64,000 nt of DNA from Octopus sinensis (taxonomy: Eukaryota), in NCBI RefSeq assembly GCF_006345805.1, contig NC_043000.1, positions 146,506,001-146,570,000 of the forward strand, in the 5' to 3' direction. Of this stretch, positions 25,801 through 39,017 are shown piece after piece. Both the position numbers and the translations under genes were made by a program. The notes beneath the pieces are model-generated. The model was not told where the DNA came from, did no database searches, and worked only from the letters and a program-made list of their open reading frames with translations. Every line of letters starts with the position of its first letter. Position 1 is the stretch's first letter.

Positions 25801-26289
25801 AAAACAAACGGTGAGAGCTGTTCAACCAAGACGATAGAAAAATTATTATGAACGCTAGGGAGATGAGCGTATTAAAGGAGACAGTATAAGCACGTGTTGT
25901 CTTTAGAAAGGTAGTAGTCAGAAAGATAGATTCTCTTTCGTCACGTGTCGGCGACGAGAGATTCGAGGAGGAGGAGTGAGAGAGAAGGAACGGTTAAGAG
26001 GAGAGGAGAAGAATAGGGAAGGGTGGGAGAGAAAACCAGAAGGATGAAGATCAAGAGAGGGAGAGAGATAGACAGAGAAGAGAAGAGAAGAGATAGCAGA
26101 GATAGAAGAGTGCGCATCGTAATTATTAAAATAAAACTTACTTGGAAAAGGCGTTCGATCATATAATAATCTAAATAATATAGAGATATATGCATATATA
26201 CATACATATATGTACATACCTACATATACATGTATATATACATGCACATATTGGTACAGGACATATAAAAACGGTGAACACTATATATA

Positions 26290-26483
26290 TATATAAAGTT
26301 AATCCAAACATGGAAACACAAAGAGAAAACAACAACGCGAGGACGTGGAACAAGTATAGTGTTATTGGATACTCTGGAAAGGTAAGAAAGAAGGAGGATT
26401 TAACGTTTCGACCGGAGCTCTTCGTCAGAAACATAGGAAAAGGAAATATCTAAGGAATGGAAGACAGAAGAAAAAATCCCCAA

Positions 26484-26490
<7 letters not shown>
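26290..26490 (-). mobile_element. Family E hammerhead element
   Basis: Minus strand GTTT-CTGACGA-A-GAGCTCCGGTC-GAAA-CG-TT-AAAT (26396-26432); flanks match 58540-58745. Confidence 0.75.
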
Positions 26491-26530
<40 letters not shown>

Positions 26531-26677
26531 ATTTTAAATTTAAAATGAGGGTGAGAAATTAGATATTAATTTAATTAACATCGATTCCACACCAGCGGTC
26601 TAGCATATAAAAAAAACTGAAGGTTCAGTAAAATTGTATTATATACATGTTAGAGGGAAACCATTATGTGGAAACCC

Positions 26678-26929
26678 TTAGGCTAGAAATATTTCTGGAG
26701 AGTCAAACAGCAACCACACGGTTGCGTATTTGACGTCCCGAGTGATAAACTTAATCGCTGGCCTAAATTCTGCCAGCTCTTTTTCGATTATATCCTTTCT
26801 GAAAACGGCAATGGCGTCGAGGGTCCTAGAGTAGGTCCTCAAAACCACCGTCTTACTTTCAAGTTCTTTTAACCATTTTATGGGCGGTGTAATTTCCCAC
26901 TCCACCAACTTTTCATTGTTATTTGCCAT
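26678..26929 (-). pseudogene. 83-codon non-repetitive ORF, possibly the truncated 5' end of a retroelement ORF1
   Basis: ATG preceded by an A-run and a long leader; normal amino-acid complexity unlike neighbouring ORFs; no diagnostic motif recognised. Confidence 0.3.
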
Positions 26930-27931
26930 ATTTTTTTTAAAGAGTCCAAAAATCCAGTTGTTAAAATATAAAATAAGTAAACAAAAGGATGGAAGAGGAA
27001 AAAAAGTCCAAACAAAAGGCAGGAGTTTTGAAATCCAGGCGGAAGACTGTTAATAAAGATTTTTTAAATTGTCTGTGGTACCCGGTTGTTGTTTTTTTTT
27101 GTGGAGAATTTGGGTCTTTTTTCCTTTTTCTCTTTAGTGTTTTTTTCTTCTTTCTAAAGGACATTCATCTGTTTATCTTTGTTAATGAGTATGATTTCCT
27201 TATTTTAACCGAATTGAGTTGAAGTGTTTCTTGTGCATTGACAGAGAGGGAAGATTTGGTATTTCGGGCTTGTATTTACGAAACATTGGTGTAGGTGTTC
27301 GCTTACGGGAATTTTCCTGTGCACCGTTAGTCTCTCAACATAATTCTAAATAAATAAATATTGTAGGAACTAGTTTGGTGTATGTGTAAATAAATACACT
27401 TTAAAACAATTACAAAATTTTCAAATTTAGGTGCGATTTCAAAAACAAATTTGCCTATAGATATATATACTTACATACAGTATGTGCATATACATATGCA
27501 CACACACACAGGCGCGTGCACACATATATATTTATATATATATGTGTGTGTAAACACACAAACATATGAATGAATATGTATATGCATATATTCAAGCAGT
27601 GGATGTTCATGTATGTAAAGATTTAGAGCTATAGTAATTACGGTTGGAATAAATGATTAATTATCCATCAATTATGAATTAGTAATTATTAATTAAATGA
27701 CAATCAAATGTCCGGCATCTAACAAAACCGTCAATAGAATAAAATATATAAAATGCCATGGATAGTTACGGTTAAGACAATTTTCCACTACAGATAAATA
27801 GGCACAAATCAAAAGTAGGCCATCAGTCAGTCGAAGACAAAGTTAAGTGTAGATAACCGGAACTATGTATTTGTGGTCATCAGAGAAGCACACAAACGCA
27901 AACAAAGATATACACACGTGTGTTTGAGTGC

Positions 27932-27990
<59 letters not shown>

Positions 27991-28067
27991 ACAATTTAAC
28001 AAATAAAACATATGCATACGTACATACATATATGTACATACCTACATCTATATGTATATATACATGC

Positions 28068-28104
<37 letters not shown>

Positions 28105-28310
28105 AGAGTACAGGACACCACAAATAAACGTAGAACACAACGAGAAACGAAAACATAAAAACAAACAGGGAAACGGACTTTTTTTAACAACGAAAAGACA
28201 AACAATACAAGGAATATTCCCCTTCATCTGCTGCCCCTGGTTCGACTCAATGCGTACACTCAAACACATAATATATACACTCAAACACATATATATATAT
28301 ATATATATAT

Positions 28311-28557
28311 GTGGAGGCGCAATGGCCCAGTGGTTAGGGCAGTGGACTCACGGTCTTAAGATCGCGGTTTCGATTCCCAGACCGGGCGTTGTGTGTGTGT
28401 TTATTGAGCGAAAACACCTGGTGGTGGTGATCCCTGCTGTACTCTTTCACCACTCTCTCACTCTTTCTTCTGTTGGCCTGCTAGCTTAGCCAGCGGGGTG
28501 GAGTCATTGTGACCAGCGATGTGTCGCAACATCTGATGGTCTGGTCGGTCACGTGAT

Positions 28558-28563
<6 letters not shown>
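28311..28563 (+). mobile_element. tRNA-derived SINE, H2+T2, with internal deletions
   Basis: Matches 38712-39017 with two gaps. Confidence 0.88.
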
Positions 28564-28594
<31 letters not shown>

Positions 28595-28670
28595 TATTAT
28601 ATATGTATGTGTGTGTTGTATAGGTGTGTTTGTATATATATATATATATATATAAACATATATATATATA

Positions 28671-28900
28671 TCCTTAAATCCTTAAAAATGTTTTAGCCCG
28701 AAGGCCGCGGCCATGCTGGGGCACCACCGCTGAATGAGCCACACTAGTTTGTGAATCCACCTCTGATACGTGGCACTTGATCAACAAGGGAGTTCGATGC
28801 TGCTGCCCGCATCCGCGTCTCCTGTCGTGAGGTAGGTTCATCTGGGACTTCCAACAAGAAGAGATCCAGTTTAGTTTTAAAGAAACCCACATCGACACCA
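28671..28900 (-). mobile_element. 3' end of a CR1-group LINE (5'-truncated)
   Basis: Minus strand GVDVGFFKTKLDLFLLEVPDEPTSRQETRMRAAASNSLVDQVPRIRGGFTN*, then a 3' UTR with a hairpin and (TTTAAGGA)2 tail. Confidence 0.75.
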
Positions 28901-29009
28901 TATATATATATTTATATATAATATATTAATATTATGTATGTATGTATGTGTGTGTTGTGTAGGTGTGTTTATATATATATAAACACATATATATATATAT
29001 ATATATATA

Positions 29010-29311
29010 TCTTTATATATAAAATTGAAGTTGTGTGTGTGAGACTCTGTCTCCTCCGATTTAGATTCCTAACTACTCCCCCCTTTTTGGTGCAGTTTAA
29101 CCAAAAGCGGGTATCTTATAGTTGTCATTCATATCGAGCCCTTCTGGGTATTAGCGTGCGTCTACGATGAGTCTACGATTAAAAAAAAAATTACCATCAT
29201 TTTTCCGCATTTTTAATGATTTTTGCTCGGGTTATATAAGGGAAGTAACTCTCTAAAAATGCTTATATAGTTATATAGTTATTTCCCGAGCAACGTCGGG
29301 CGATATTGCTA

Positions 29312-29312
<1 letters not shown>
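29010..29312 (+). mobile_element. Non-autonomous Helitron-like element
   Basis: 5' TC, subterminal hairpin CCCGA/gcaacg/TCGGG (29285-29300), 3' CTAG (29309-29312), inserted between A and T with no TSD. Confidence 0.75.
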
Positions 29313-29372
<60 letters not shown>

Positions 29373-29869
29373 GAAAAGTCTCACTAGCTTTCTTTCCATT
29401 AATCATAGGACTTGTTACTTAGATGTTATATAGCATGGAAATTACTTAGCACCCAAGTACCAATCTAAAATTTCTACAGATTAGTGAGCATGTTGTACCC
29501 TCGTGTCAATTTTAATTTCTCCGTAATATTTCGCAGTCTTAGTTGTTAGTACTCTTCGTGTATCTGCAACTACTAGGTGTACAGTTACTCTCTTCATTGC
29601 TCATTTTCTTTCAATTTCGCATTTCCATACCTTTTTCAGCTCTTTATGATTTATGCATGCGTTCACAAGTATAGTGTGCGTCGCCAGGAGTGGCAATTTA
29701 TTAATTTCTTTTAGTGAATGTGCAGCGCACGCATATACGAATCCTAATATACCCATTATGAATACCCATCTGATAAGCCTTCACTAGGCACATGCATGAC
29801 AATCATATTTGCGCGAATTCATGGTCTCGTAACTAGATAAACAGTGTAAAGAGCATCATTGCCTTTGCA

Positions 29870-30600
29870 CAACTTCTAACGCTGGAGAAGTACTGCGGTG
29901 TCAACTGTTCCCTACGAGTGAACTAAGGTAACTACTCTTATTTTTCGAGCTCCTTCAGAAGTATTCGGACGGTTCCAAGCAGTGCTGTTTCCTGATAGTG
30001 ATCCACCCTTATTGCAGACCCTATTTGTTCCACGTACTTCTCGAGATTTTTGCTCACTGTTCCCACTGCTCCGACAATTATTGGTACTTCTGCTAACTTT
30101 TTCATCGACCACAACTGCTTAACTTTCCAAGCTAACTTGTCATATCTCTAGACTTTTCTTTCTTCCTTATCGCATACCTTGTTCTTAGCTGGGTATGCTA
30201 TATCTAGGATCCAGCAGAGTTATTTTTCTCCATTAAGACCATGTATGGCTTCCTTTTCTCTATCATAAAATCCCATAGGACCTTTGCATTTTAATTTTGG
30301 ACGACGCCTTCGGGTTGTGATCGTACCAATTTTTTGCTCAGTCAAATCCATACTTGTAAAGTGTCCAATGGACAAACTTGGCTATATTGTCGTGGTATCT
30401 CTTATATTCCTTCTGGAATAGTGGCGTACATTGGCTGGTAATATGCCATACTTTTTCACCATATTGTCCACAGATACTGCACTTATCACTTTCTGCTGTG
30501 TTGTCTATTCACTATTTTATGTAGTTTCTTCTTAGTGCTTATCTTGGACGGCACAGATTTGAGCCTCCGTTTCCAGATTTAAATCACTTTTAGTCATCCA
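29870..30600 (-). mobile_element. Decayed 3' fragment of an R4/Dong-clade LINE
   Basis: CSICGQYGEKVWHITSQC knuckle; ILDIAYPAKNKVCDKEE; LWSMKKLAEVPIIVGAVG; ETALLGTVRILL. Confidence 0.82.
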
Positions 30601-31057
30601 CAACCATCATTTATCTCTGTCTTATCTTCAGCTTCTCTATGAAATTGTCCATGCATTCTTTTCTTTGTCCACATAATTTCTGTTTCATTCGTTTTCAATT
30701 GTTAAACGGTGCTTTATCTTTACAATATTTCATCCTACCCAAGCCTGACGTTCTTACTTCTTATAATAGCGGTTCTGTGGCATTTCTTTTGCCGTCAATT
30801 TATCTATTTCCAATATCCGCAAGTACTTACAGTCCGTCTCTTCTATCAGCTTCCTATCCTCCGCCGACAGTATCGTTAACCCGTCCATACATTTGATTTT
30901 GTCTCTCTTTATGACTAACACACTACACTTTTTTCAGTTCGAACTCCATTCTGATATCAGCACTGAAAATATACACCATATCAACGAGGGAACTGACTTG
31001 TGATTGATCTTAACCATAAAGTTTGAGATCATAATGTTTGAACTTTATGACCTCATT

Positions 31058-31133
31058 GTTATTACTATTATTATTATTGATGTTGTTGTTATTATTATTA
31101 TTATTATCATCATCATCATCATCATCATCATCA

Positions 31134-31207
<74 letters not shown>

Positions 31208-31224
31208 GTTATTATTATTATTTA
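31058..31224. repeat. (ATT)n/(ATC)n microsatellite
   Basis: Direct reading. Confidence 0.95.
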
Positions 31225-34200
31225 ATAGTTAGCAAATGCTGTCTCAGGGTTTGGTGACAGCAATCACCATAGATTTCATTAACTTTCTTTAGGTTATTTG
31301 CAGAACATAGGATTGCACATTTTTGTAACTCTGTGAGAAATTAGGATTTATAATGTAACTCAATGATATATGCATTTTTGTTTGTTAATTTTGGTGTGTG
31401 AGCGCTGTAGTAATTGAAATGAAGATGGTCAGAAATAATAATCATATAAATGCGTAAATAAGACAAATGACCCCAATCGTACTACAATAAATTCATATTC
31501 CTCTGTATAATATACCTGACAGAAGTTCATATTAAATATATTATATTAATGTAATCGCATTTCAATTTGCAGCATTTCGACGTCGTGATATCGCGCTGAA
31601 GAGTGTCTGAATGTCACTAAAAATGATAACCATACATTGCTATAATTGGATTCATAATGGCATTTAATACATGCTTTCTCACTTTTAATGATATATCTTA
31701 AATGATACTTAAAGTAAGTACTATATATACTACATGTGGTTGCCTAATTTTAATTGGAACATAAGAGAACACATCAATTTCCATCGATTCACTTACTAGA
31801 ATTTCTGTACTTTATTTCAACATTAATTTCTTTCAATGACCAATCACGCAAAATGCATTATCTTGTATATATGTTACTGTAGAAAATCTTCCTTCCTTAG
31901 TCTACTAACTGGAAGGATATATCCCAATATTGAAAGCATAAAAGACTTGACATAGAGTATGTATTATCACGTTATTTTAAAGATTACTGTGGAAAGATTT
32001 TAAGTATATGTTACGCCCAATTTTTCACTGACCCTCAATTGTAAAGGCATATTTTCAGGCCCAAATAAATCACTCTTCACTCTTATAAATTTAGAGATAT
32101 AGGCGGTTACACTAATATAATTGATTACAGCGATATTCCACGATTCTAATCAGCATTGAATGGAACATAAATATTGATTGATTTACTATTAAACGAAACT
32201 ACTTTTTAGAAAAAAAAATCGATTGATTTGTCCAATGTAATACAGGTACTTATTTTATGAAATTTTCTGTAATAAAATGCAAAGTGAACTTTGGCAGTAT
32301 TTCAATTCAGAAAAATAAACTTCAAGACAAGGTATGGAAAGATATCTATTCTGCATCTCTCCCACAGTGCCATCACCACTGAAGTACAAAATATCGATAT
32401 TAAAACGGTTTATCTCTAAGGAATAATGGGAAGAAATAAACATTAGAAAAGTGATTCACAATAACCTATACGTATTTAGAACAAAGTGTTCCAGTCGAAT
32501 AGGTTAGACAACTTATGAGTAGTTTTCTTTGAGGTAGAGTTATGTTTCTCTAAGGCCATAATAAAAATTATATCACTTACATTAAGACTAGAAACCGACA
32601 TATTCGTTGATTAGTTGCATCGGTTGTTCGGCAGACAGTGTCATTCCATTTATTTTATTTTACTGTAAACACTAACTCTATAACGACCTTCGAATCCGAT
32701 TAACTTTTAAGCGAGTAAATTTATCAATTAATTATATAATTTTGGACTCTTAGAAATCTGGCAACATCTTATAGTTGGTACATATTGGGAAAAAGTTATT
32801 TCTCTACACATTTTTATAAGCAATAATGGTTATGACAAGTTGGCTTCCATTCAACATATTACAAACCCCTGAACCTTTGGTACATGTGTCTCTCGGTTTC
32901 ATCTACGCTCTTTATTTCTACTTTTGATCATTAAGTGATCAATATATAAAAGTATCGATAATACATTTCGCCCTATTCAGTAGGACTATGTAAAAATTGT
33001 AAAAATTCGCCTTCAACATACTCTTCAGAAATAAATATATTTTCGTAGCCTAATGACATAATAGATATATTTCTTTCTCGTAGATAGATAATCTATGATT
33101 ATCAGAAAGAACAACATTTTCACGATCATTTACACTAATAACACTTTTACCATCGCCACTTTACTACTACAAAAGATATATTGCAGTTAATATTACCCTC
33201 CTATCTTCAGACCACAACCTCTACCAGCCGAAGAATCCGACACCATCAGAATCATATCTACTCGTGTAAGTCATATTATAATAGTAGTAAAATAATTAAC
33301 CCTACCACCCATTAAATTTATCTCCAGCAAGTCCCAAATTACGAGTAACAATGTATCCCTGATAAGTACAGAAGTATTATATTGGTGCCACTACAAGTAT
33401 CTTCATCGTCATTAGTAAAATTATTTAGCAATACATGAGTAAACAAAGCAATTACTGTCAACTACATCGTTCATCCTGATAAGAATAGAATTCGTTCTCC
33501 AATAAAATACGCCTTGGCGTTTTATCACACATATTGTATTTATGAAGAGTGCTGTCATACATTCAATATGTTCGTTAAAATGACCCGGCAAGAGCTGGAA
33601 TTCCCCTGACTTTGGTCAATTCGTTCAATGTTAACCAGAAGACAATCAACATCATGAACAACAAAAACTCCATTGAAAATTGCAATAACAATAACCACAA
33701 ATGATGTCCTTTAAATAACCTTAAATTATCATTGCCTAAGAATTAGCTAACGTCGTAATCTTCTCGAATATTACCTCCTTCAAAATCACCACTCCAACCG
33801 GATCTTGAGATCGTAAATATAAATTATTCTTATCACATTTACTCCCAGTGCAGTTGTACGCTAAAACCATATTTCGTGTTACCGCTCTGATTGATAGTAA
33901 TAACACTACTATCAAAGCTACCATCACCAGTGTCACCATATCAAGTGCGACTGTTACTACTACTGTAAATATCTCTGCATTGTTTCTTTCTTCTGAGCTC
34001 ATAAAGAAAAAAAATCGGTGTTGTAATTACAGTATGAAGTTCCTAATATTTTTTTTTCTATGTTTGAGAAAAGCTGCCAGAAAAATGATGAAGAGTCAAT
34101 GTTAACTGTCGAAACAGAATACAACGAATACGATAAATGGGATTGATTGCCAATTATTTATGAGACTGATGCTATCTATCAGCAAAATATTATTATATTT

Positions 34201-34814
34201 CAGGTTTTATAATGTTATTGGAAAACAATGTCAACTGAATTACTAATTAATTTGAAAAGAGATAAATAAATAATATATTATAATCACGTGAACTATTAAG
34301 AAACCTAGCCCACTAAAGTATCTTATCATATTTGATAAATACGTACAGAAGGAGACTTCTAAAAATAAGGGATAAAAACTACCTCAAGGATTCCAACACT
34401 GAAGGTTTTAATGATGATGTTGATTTCATATCCTACAAATTATATCATATTTTCTTTGTTGTTATTTTGTTCCATGTCAAAGATTCAAATGCCCTATTTT
34501 TGGCTCATTGCTACATTATTATTAGCCTATCAAATCGCCTTTATGTTTTCACTTTAAGCGAGTAAATTTATCAATTAATTATATAATTTTGAACTCTTAG
34601 AAATCTGGCAACATCTATATATATATAAATAACCCCAGACTTTGCTTTCGTTATTTTTTCCTTCTGATTTACATATGTGAATTACATAGATATGTTGTAT
34701 GTGGAGTCTTATTTGTAGAAAATAGAAATAAACAGTCTTTGACTGCTATTTCTAATTTTTCGATATGTGGCTAAGCAACATATTGCCTGTCCCTTTTTTT
34801 ATATATATATATAT

Positions 34815-35209
34815 AGGCGCAGGAGTGGCTGTGTGGTAAGTAGCTTGCTAACCAACCACATGGTTCCGGGTTCAGTCCCACTGCGTGGCATCTTGGGCAA
34901 GTGTCTTCTGCTATAGCCCCGGGCCGACCAATGCCTTGTGAGTGGATTTGGTAGACGGAAACTGAAAGAAGCCCGTCGTATATATGTATATATATATGTG
35001 TGTGTGTGTTTGTGTGTCTGTGTTTGTCCCCCTAGCATTGCTTGACAACCGATGCTGGTGTGTTTACGTCCCCGTCACTTAGCGGTTCGGCAAAAGAAAC
35101 CGATAGAATAAGTACTGGGCTTACAGAGAATAAGTCCCGGGGTCGATTTGCTCGACTAAAAAGGCGGTGCTCCAGCATGGCCACAGTCAAATGACTGAAA
35201 CAAGTAATA
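34815..35209 (+). mobile_element. Group B SINE, full length
   Basis: Canonical copy; flanked by (TA)n. Confidence 0.93.
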
Positions 35210-35257
<48 letters not shown>

Positions 35258-35911
35258 ATATGTATATTGCTGTATTTAGGAATGGTCATTTTGCCAGTTT
35301 ACCCAATAAATATGTACATATTATATATGTGTGTGTATGTGTATACACACACACATATATATATGCACATATATATATATATATATATATATATTCCACG
35401 AAGATTGTTGTCTAAAGATTAAATAATGCGAAAAGGTACAAAGTAAACTACAAAAGGGAAAGAAAAAAATTGGAGTTGCAGTTTTACCTTGTATTTCTAT
35501 ATTTCAGGATGAAGACCACGTCTCCAGGACGTCTGGAAATTGTGGTAGTTGGAAGAATTTGTTATTAAAATTCGTTTGGCAATTCCTGTGTATGGAAAGG
35601 ATGCACCTCTAGTTAGAAATAATAGAGATAGAAGAATATTATTCACTCCGATTTATTTCTCTTCAAATGCAGAAGAATTTGGGACTCTCTATGTATGTCA
35701 GATAACCAAGTTATTTCATTTCTAGGAATTAAATTACGTTTTAATGTTCTATTTCCAATCTACTGCAACAATATAGCATGCATCAACGAAACTAGATTGC
35801 CTATATTAATAGGAAAAGGCTCTATACAAACAAATTGTCTATAAACTGTCACATTCTGGTATTGACTTACAGATTTCTCTCTAACTATAAACTACTCGCT
35901 TTATATAGTAG

Positions 35912-36311
35912 GCGCAGGAGTGGATGTGTGGTAAGTAGCTTGCTTACCAACCACATGGTTCCGGGTTCAGTCCCACTGCGTGGCATCTTGGGAAAATGTC
36001 TTCTGCTATAGCCTCGGGCCGACCAATGCCTTGTGAGTGGATTTGGTAGACGGAAACTGAAAGAAGCCTGTCGTATATATGTATATATATTTATATATGT
36101 GTGTGGGGGGGGGGTTGTGTTTGTCCCCCTAGCATTGCTTGACAACCGATGCTGGTGTGTTTACGTCCCCGTCACTTAGCGGTTCGGCAAGAGAGACCGA
36201 TAGAATAAGTACTGGGATTACAAAGAATAAGTCCCGGGGTCGATTTGATCGACTAAAGGCGGTGCTCCAGCATGGCCGCGGTCAAATGACTGAAACAAGT
36301 AAAAGAGAGAG
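35912..36311 (+). mobile_element. Group B SINE with 19-bp TSD
   Basis: TACTCGCTTTATATAGTAG at 35893-35911 and 36312-36330. Confidence 0.93.
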
Positions 36312-36599
36312 TACTCGCTTTATATAGTAGTATATAATAGAGGATATGATAGAACAAACCACATAATGCTATACCAAAATTACCTCATTATAAATAAGGG
36401 GATTTAACAATTTCAAATAATTAATACGTATGATAAAGATACTGTTGAAACACTGCAATGATGACAATGAAATAATGTCATCAGGAAGCTTAGTCCTAAA
36501 TAGGAAAAGGAAAAACAGACGAACTCAGCAGAATTATTTGAAATCAGAATAAAGGATATTTTTTCTAACCCGCCAACGATTCCACCACCCCGTCGTCTT

Positions 36600-36810
36600 T
36601 ATTGTCTCTAATTTAGGCACAAAGCCAAGAATATTGAGGTGGGGAGTAAATCAACACTCTCGACCCCAGCATATGGCTCGCACTTTATTTCATCGAAAAA
36701 GAAAAGATGAAAAGCAATGTTTATCTGGGTGGAGTTAGAACTCGGAACGTAAAGGACCGTAAGCAATGCTGCAAAGCATTTTGTCTCGTACTCTAACAAT
36801 TATATCTTCT
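36600..36810 (-). mobile_element. Old degenerate group C-like SINE
   Basis: TCGACCCCAG...ACTTTATT...GAAAAGATGAAAAGCAA...TAGAACTCGGAACG resembles the reverse of group C. Confidence 0.5.
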
Positions 36811-37549
36811 ACCTGGTCTAGTGGTTATCATAGAAGGAATGACAAAGAAAGTGTCGATAAATATGTGCTTACACTAAGTGCAACTGCATTGCATGCAATT
36901 AATTGTAACAGAAGAATAGGAAACAAAGATGAATGTGAAGAAAAACACTGCAGAGATGTTTGAATAAAGATCACCCTAATGCCTTTGTATTGATAATATT
37001 TGTGGTATTATTATTAATATCCGTTGCCAATTGCTATGTAGTGAAATGGAGAACGTAATGTCTGAAATAATTGTCATATACGATTACAATTCACCTCGAT
37101 ATATTTCTCTTCAAATGTCAGATAACCAAGCCATTTCGTTTGTAGGACTTAAAATTTCGTTTCAACATTATATTTCCGATCCGCTACAACAATATACCGT
37201 GCCTCAACGAAACTGGATTGCCTCTATGACTAGAGTTAATCTTTACGCAAATAAAGTATTTATAAACTTTCACACTCTGGCATTGACTTTCAAATTTCTC
37301 TCTAACTATAACCTACTCGCTTTGTATAGTAGGATATAAAAGAATATTGTTCTCGATATGTGGATCCAGAACAAATGGGATATTTATTCTTCGACCAGGT
37401 CTAACTAGGACATTAACCATGATACTCCATACAAACTATAAGAAACAAATAAAGACGCTGTCATCTACTATTGCCTGCCAACGATAACTTCAATGCTATG
37501 TATGAAATATGCCAACTTTCAAATGACATGTAAGTATGGAATTAACGGG

Positions 37550-38600
37550 AAACTAAATCAGCATTAAATCAAGTTAGAGAGAACAATGTCAGTGTCAAAG
37601 AGGTCCCTAATCAGACCCAGTAACGCCATGGCAATCGATCGTTGAAGAGAGAAATTGAGCTAAGGAGGTTGAACGTGCTGATGGAGTTATCTAACAAATA
37701 TTAAGTAGATAGGGCTCATTACACGAATTCTGAAAACCAGTACTAACGATGACAAAACTGGTTACAACGAGCAACTTGTATAAATCTGTTTAATGACAGT
37801 TTGATGTACCGGGGACAATATGATCATTACGATATCTCATACACCACAACTTAAGGCGATTCTTGCCAAACTGAAGTAACATTACGAAAACTATTTAACC
37901 ATTTAAATCTGGCGTTTTGTAATTCATCACCTCAACTTAGCAGTGTTTACTTGTTGCTATACTGATAGTCGGCTGAATTCATTTTTGCAGACGGAAAAGT
38001 GCTGACCAGGATTGATAGGTTGATCTTTAACTTGGTAGATATGAAACCATATCTAAAATTATGGTCTCATCAATATTTATAAAATTACTCTAAAATATTA
38101 CAAAGCATGCTTTTTACCTGTTTTGCTGAGTTGTTGTGAAGCATGGATATTACATTCAACATGTTCTGAACCGTTGATGCCCATCCAGTAAAAAGAGGCT
38201 TTGAAAAGCTTTATATATTTCTTCACAAGAGCATATACGTTATATTGCGGTCTTTGCATGTTCAAACATTATAATGTTAATGAGGTCTCGTAGTTAATAC
38301 GACACATGAAATCATTCCAAAGTGACTATTCTTGGAAGAGCTATGCTCTAGAAATGACTACCGAAAACTTTAAAAACCAAAATTATGACAGAAAGGCTAC
38401 CACAAATTCGTTTTGATAAACAGTAATACTCATGTGAATTGTAAAATAATTTTCAGTTTTAGGTTAACATCGAGAAAATTATATTCCGTTTATCCAAGCA
38501 TTTTGAATATAACATTAAACAAGCAGACTGATATAACCTGCAAAAAAAAGGAAGTTTCATACAATATCAATGATTGCTTCAAATATCCAAATTGTTAGCG
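37550..38600 (+). mobile_element. Highly decayed RTE-type LINE (RT C-terminal half)
   Basis: GDNMIITISHTPQLKAIL (ADD-motif relic, ~37811), YKACFLPVLLSCCEAWIL (~38098), FEKLYIFLHKSIYVILR. Confidence 0.6.
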
Positions 38601-38711
38601 ATTTTCTCTTTATGAAGCTGATTTTATTCACCTTTCAAGAAGATATGGCGAAAACAGGCTAATAATTTGTGTATTTGTATGTAAGCCATTTATATGTGTA
38701 TATTAGAATAC

Positions 38712-39017
38712 GTGGAGGCGCAATGGCCTAGTGGTTAGAGCAGCGAACTCGCGGTCGTAATATCGCGGTTTCGATTCCCAGACCGGGCGTTGTGTGTGTT
38801 TATTGAGCGAAAACACCTTAAAGCTCCACGAGGCTCCGGCAGGGGGTGGTGATCCCTGCTGTACGCTTTCACCACTCTTTCTCTCACTCTTTCTTCTGTT
38901 GGCCTGCTCGCTTAGCCAGCGGGGTGGCGTCATTCGAAGGATAAAACAATGCGAACGCATTGTGACCAGCGATGTGTAGCAACATCTGATGGTCTGGTCG
39001 GTCATGTCATCATGTGA
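38712..39017 (+). mobile_element. tRNA-derived SINE, H2+T2, full length
   Basis: 11-bp TSD TATTAGAATAC (38701-38711 / 39018-39028); A box TGGCCTAGTGG, B box GGTTTCGATTCCC. Confidence 0.9.

Noticed and set aside
27775-27835. Minus-strand CTGATGG...GAAA candidate
   Set aside because: Core mismatch and poor stems I and III.
33120-34105. Thr/Ile-rich ORFs as a mucin-like exon (also 52059-52304)
   Set aside because: Consistent with decayed ACT/ACC/ATC trinucleotide repeats; frames are broken and no splice sites were identified.
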